From: Ignisphaera sp.
GTDB lineage: Archaea; Thermoproteota; Thermoprotei_A; Sulfolobales; Ignisphaeraceae
Length of the DNA: 64,000 bases
NCBI GenBank assembly: GCA_038889075.1
Contig: JAWAHS010000002.1
Location: 172,930 to 236,929, forward strand
Direction: 5' to 3'
Shown: in pieces, positions 60,408 through 64,000 of the stretch
Position numbering within the stretch: the first letter of the stretch is position 1
Layout: every line of letters begins with the position of its first letter
The notes under the pieces: generated by a model
Databases searched by the model: none
Seen by the model: only the letters and a program-made list of their open reading frames with translations
What the model was told of the DNA's origin: nothing
Made by a program: the position numbers and the translations under genes

Positions 60408-61526
60408 TCACACATATACATTGGGACCAAATATTTCATAGATTACGAGATCCTCTCTACCATCATTTACTATTACATGATCTCTGGCAGCTTCGTATGA
60501 AACAAATATCTCATCCCTATACGGATCTCCTCCAACAATCTCTACACCATTTATTTTCCCCTTACCTTTCCAAACAAATAGTAGAAAAGCACCCTTTCTA
60601 TCCATATGTAGCCTGGTATTTGGTGCTATTCTTAGTTCAATTCCACTAAATTTCTTTGTCATACGAGGACTGAAAATCCATTTTTCAGAAAACTCTTTAT
60701 TACCATCTATAACCTCCGGAACAATATGGTACTTTCTATAGAACCTAGGATCCCTACATGTATTCCAATCTATAAGTTTCAGAACCTCCTCTTCATTTCT
60801 AGGTCCATTTAGAAGGTATTGATCCTTAGATATAATTCTATCGTACACCTTTGCCTGAAGGATTGTACCTACATCGGATTCCTCTTGAACCTCTAGTGTA
60901 AGTAGAGTGCACGGTGCATGAACGACACCTGCTAGAACGTGAAATCCTTCACCAACATTACATCTGTATGCTGGTGATAAATCGAGTATTTTATCGCTGT
61001 TCCACTTCTTTAGAAGCTCCAAAACCTCATCCTCAGTAACATCTATATGAAATCCTAAATGGATATAGGGGGTAGACCCTTTATTAGTGTGATCTAGGTA
61101 ATGGTAGGCCTCTTCTTTTGGATTGGAGTTCCAATATCTTCTCGCATATTCCTCACTAGCATGGAGGTGTAATGGAATCTGTATACCTGGATCTAGAATC
61201 TTTGTTAGAGCACCAAATCTATTGCCAGATATCTTAGCATAGCTCTTTCCTAAAAGCCTTTCAGGAACCGCCTTTAAAGCATCTCTAAAAAAGATCTTCG
61301 CATCTTTTATATTCACCTCTGAAAGTCCCTCATATTCTGTACCAAGGACACTTACAGCTGAAGCAAGCCACCTTTCACTAATCCAACCCTTATCCTCAAT
61401 ATAAGTCTTTTCTAAACCCAGTCTTCCACCAGCTGGATAAAGGGGTCTTGCTATATAGTTAGGTTTAAGTCTCAGAATACCGTTGCTATTATCGAGCTCC
61501 CTATTCAAAATCTTTTCCGAATCCAT
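60408..61526 (-). CDS. cupin protein, mannose-6-phosphate isomerase type I-like
   Basis: ERW, PLHLH, KEEAY, AGVVHAP, EVQEESD. Confidence 0.65.
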   Translation of the reverse strand: MDSEKILNRELDNSNGILRLKPNYIARPLYPAGGRLGLEKTYIEDKGWISERWLASAVSVLGTEYEGLSEVNIKDAKIFFRDALKAVPERLLGKSYAKISGNRFGALTKILDPGIQIPLHLHASEEYARRYWNSNPKEEAYHYLDHTNKGSTPYIHLGFHIDVTEDEVLELLKKWNSDKILDLSPAYRCNVGEGFHVLAGVVHAPCTLLTLEVQEESDVGTILQAKVYDRIISKDQYLLNGPRNEEEVLKLIDWNTCRDPRFYRKYHIVPEVIDGNKEFSEKWIFSPRMTKKFSGIELRIAPNTRLHMDRKGAFLLFVWKGKGKINGVEIVGGDPYRDEIFVSYEAARDHVIVNDGREDLVIYEIFGPNVYV

Positions 61527-61682
61527 TAAATTGCCACCAAGGAAGAGTGAATCGAGTGCTTAAATAAATATAGATGCTCTGGGAACCTTGGCCAGCAACG
61601 TTAATATGTATGTAATGTTATCAAATTCTCTTCATCCTATCTCGTTTATAATGTTAATCTACTGGTATACTATGACTGGTAA

Positions 61683-62558
61683 ATGTTTATTACCGTAGAC
61701 ATAGGCACTGTATATCGATGGTTGATAAACATGTTTGAAAATCTTAAGACAAGTATCATAGTATGTATCAATAAAGTTTTGGACTACCTTAGATCAGGTA
61801 GGGCTTCTGATATTATAGTAGGATCCAATGTTTCTGGAGATGTATCGAAGGAGTTTGATATCGTTGCTGAGGATATTTTGACCCACTGCATCACTAGTGT
61901 GCTTGATGATGTTGTTGTAGTTGGTGAGGAAAGGGGTATTAGAAGATATGGTAGTGGTAAATGGATTGCAGTTATAGATCCTGTTGATGGTAGTAGCAAT
62001 TTCGATGCTGGAATTCCATGGTCATCGGTATCGGTAGCTGTAGCTAGAAGGACATCTAACAATCGTACGACATTGGAGAACGTTGTACTAGCTATTGTTG
62101 CAGAGATTTTCAGAGATAGAATGTATATATATAGGGATGGAAGCATAGAATTTACCGGCAACGGCATCTCTAGAAAGAGTTTTCCAAAATCCATACTACT
62201 TGGATACTTTGAAACACCAGAAGCATACAGACCAGTAGAGAGGTACATTTCACAGCGAGGAAGAGTTGCTCTAAGATCATTAGGTAGCGCAGCCCTGGAT
62301 ATAGTATACGTTGCTCTAGGAAATGCTGAGGGATTCATTGATGTAAGGTCAAAGCTGAGGAATGTTGATATTGCTGCAGCACTAAAAATAGCTCTAACAA
62401 TGGGTGCTAAAGCCTATGTATGCAATTTTACAGACGCTATGAGTATACCATTAGATGACTTAGTCAAGATAGCATGTATAGCTGTTGGATATGATGAAGT
62501 GCACCTACTTAAACTAGTTGACGCTATAGAAGGTACTATACAGCACGGACGCACTTAA
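61683..62558 (+). CDS. inositol monophosphatase/FBPase family protein
   Basis: D..AE, GEE, IDPVDGS.NF, RSLGSAALD, DIAA; start may be ATG 61731. Confidence 0.9.
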   Translation: MFITVDIGTVYRWLINMFENLKTSIIVCINKVLDYLRSGRASDIIVGSNVSGDVSKEFDIVAEDILTHCITSVLDDVVVVGEERGIRRYGSGKWIAVIDPVDGSSNFDAGIPWSSVSVAVARRTSNNRTTLENVVLAIVAEIFRDRMYIYRDGSIEFTGNGISRKSFPKSILLGYFETPEAYRPVERYISQRGRVALRSLGSAALDIVYVALGNAEGFIDVRSKLRNVDIAAALKIALTMGAKAYVCNFTDAMSIPLDDLVKIACIAVGYDEVHLLKLVDAIEGTIQHGRT

Positions 62559-62675
62559 TGGAATTCCTAGGAGGAAGGGAGAATAGGTACGGTCTATTTA
62601 AATTTAACGATCTGACGTAGCTAACGACTTAACATAAGATGCAATAACTATAAACTGGTACTTTACACTATTCTT

Positions 62676-63152
62676 CTACATATTGTTTTGACCCAAGTAT
62701 CTTGCTAGATTTACTATACTGCTAGCTAAGCCCTTTAAGAGATCCGTCTCCCCCCTGTATTGATTAATATATGCTGCGGCATCTCTAGGAATATCATCGC
62801 TATATCTACTTAGAAGTTCGATAAATTCCTCAGTAGCTACATAGATTATGGGTTCTACTGGCACCCTCCAGACCCCACTTTTTTGAGCATTTATCAGAGC
62901 TTCGATGATTTCTTTATCTGATGCATTCTCACTCAGATTATTCAGTGCAGCATAATGTGAATCTATGTAGTGTACAGCTATATATGCAATTACCCTACCA
63001 CTCTTTTTACAAATCAGTAATGTGTATTCAGAGGAATCAGGGAGTACTATATGACCATACTCATCAACATCTATATTAAAATTGTTTAAGTAGTCGATAA
63101 ATTTGTTCAAGTCATTTACTTTGATAAATGATAGTACGATCATGCTGTCCAC
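62676..63152 (-). CDS. hypothetical protein
   Basis: 158-aa ORF; no motif. Confidence 0.6.
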   Translation of the reverse strand: MDSMIVLSFIKVNDLNKFIDYLNNFNIDVDEYGHIVLPDSSEYTLLICKKSGRVIAYIAVHYIDSHYAALNNLSENASDKEIIEALINAQKSGVWRVPVEPIIYVATEEFIELLSRYSDDIPRDAAAYINQYRGETDLLKGLASSIVNLARYLGQNNM

Positions 63153-63264
63153 ATCAAATTATACTCTATTTTCGAGGTAAATAAATGTGGCGTAGCCACT
63201 TCCTATATAGCCAGTAATATTTATAAGAGATGCTAACTATGGGGATACTGTATGTCATAGGGTG

Positions 63265-64000
63265 ATGTTTTTGAAATATGTATCCTCCTCTATATGCGGT
63301 ATTAAGGTGTCCACAATATCGCTTGGTACATGGTATCTCCCTAGATTGAATGAAAAGGACGAATACGGTATCTATAAAATTGATGTTGATGAGACTAAGA
63401 GAGTTTTTAGATATGCATATGATGTTGGTATAAACTTTATAGATACTGCTAATAGATACCACGGTGCCGTATCTCCCGTTCCCTTAACACACGTAGGTTA
63501 TGCCGAGAAGCTCATCGGTAGAATCCTATCTGAATTGGGATTGGAGAGAGAATCAATTGTTATAGCCACTAAGGTTGCTGGGGAAATGGCCAGCTGGCCA
63601 AATGCTTCTGGTCTTAGTAGAAAACACATTATGTGGCAAGTTAGAGAAAGTTTGAAAAGACTACAAGTAGAGTACATTGATGTATACTATGCACATAGAT
63701 TTGATCCAGAGGTTCCTAAAAGGGAGACCATATCAACCTTTAATGATCTTATTAGACTCGGCTACATAAGATATATAGGTATGAGTAATATTCCTGCGCA
63801 CGAGCTCGTGGAATACCAGATGATCGCAGATAGATATGGTTATGAACCTATTGCATTTCTTCAATATAAATACAACTGGATTGAAAGAGATATAGAGAGA
63901 GATATAATACCCATCGCAAGGAGATTTGGAATGTTTCTCACAGTATACTCTCCACTTGCACAAGGTCTGTTAACCGGGAAATATATAGATGCTTCAAAGA
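63265..64000 (+). CDS. aldo/keto reductase (partial; runs off window edge)
   Basis: Not in ORF track; hand-translated SLGTW, GINFIDTANRY, IATKV, SLKRLQVEYIDVYYAH, YIGMSN, YSPLAQGLLTGKY. Confidence 0.9.
   Translation, partial: MFLKYVSSSICGIKVSTISLGTWYLPRLNEKDEYGIYKIDVDETKRVFRYAYDVGINFIDTANRYHGAVSPVPLTHVGYAEKLIGRILSELGLERESIVIATKVAGEMASWPNASGLSRKHIMWQVRESLKRLQVEYIDVYYAHRFDPEVPKRETISTFNDLIRLGYIRYIGMSNIPAHELVEYQMIADRYGYEPIAFLQYKYNWIERDIERDIIPIARRFGMFLTVYSPLAQGLLTGKYIDASK

Overview
AT-rich (roughly 35-38% GC by eye), gene-dense archaeal chromosome segment. GGTG/GGAGG SD motifs, TATA-like promoters, frequent TTG/GTG starts and the gene content suggest a hyperthermophilic crenarchaeon (Desulfurococcales, Ignisphaera-like; inference). 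About 55 CDSs; I saw no rRNA, tRNA or CRISPR array. The main feature is a ~22 kb sugar-catabolism island (11.0-33.3 kb). It holds DhaK/DhaL, a UxaE-like epimerase, three TIM-barrel isomerases, a tandem GNAT, a Gfo/Idh/MocA oxidoreductase and a 713-aa transaldolase-family protein. That protein precedes a uronate isomerase-like gene, a GH2 beta-glucuronidase and an ABC binding protein; a xylose/rhamnose-isomerase-like enzyme, a deacetylase and a GH29 fucosidase follow. PfkB kinases and glycerate 2-kinase lie nearby. My leading hypothesis is an undescribed hexuronate pathway that cleaves fructuronate by aldol chemistry into dihydroxyacetone and tartronate semialdehyde. Other items of note: a GlmS with a degenerate glutaminase site (Cys1->Gly, HNG->GDG), a decayed malic-enzyme pseudogene, a probable TnpB-element remnant between the two fumarase subunit genes, nested perfect palindromes upstream of an orphan small ORF, and a candidate C/D-box sRNA with a 16S-complementary guide. 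All family calls come from recalled motifs, not database searches.
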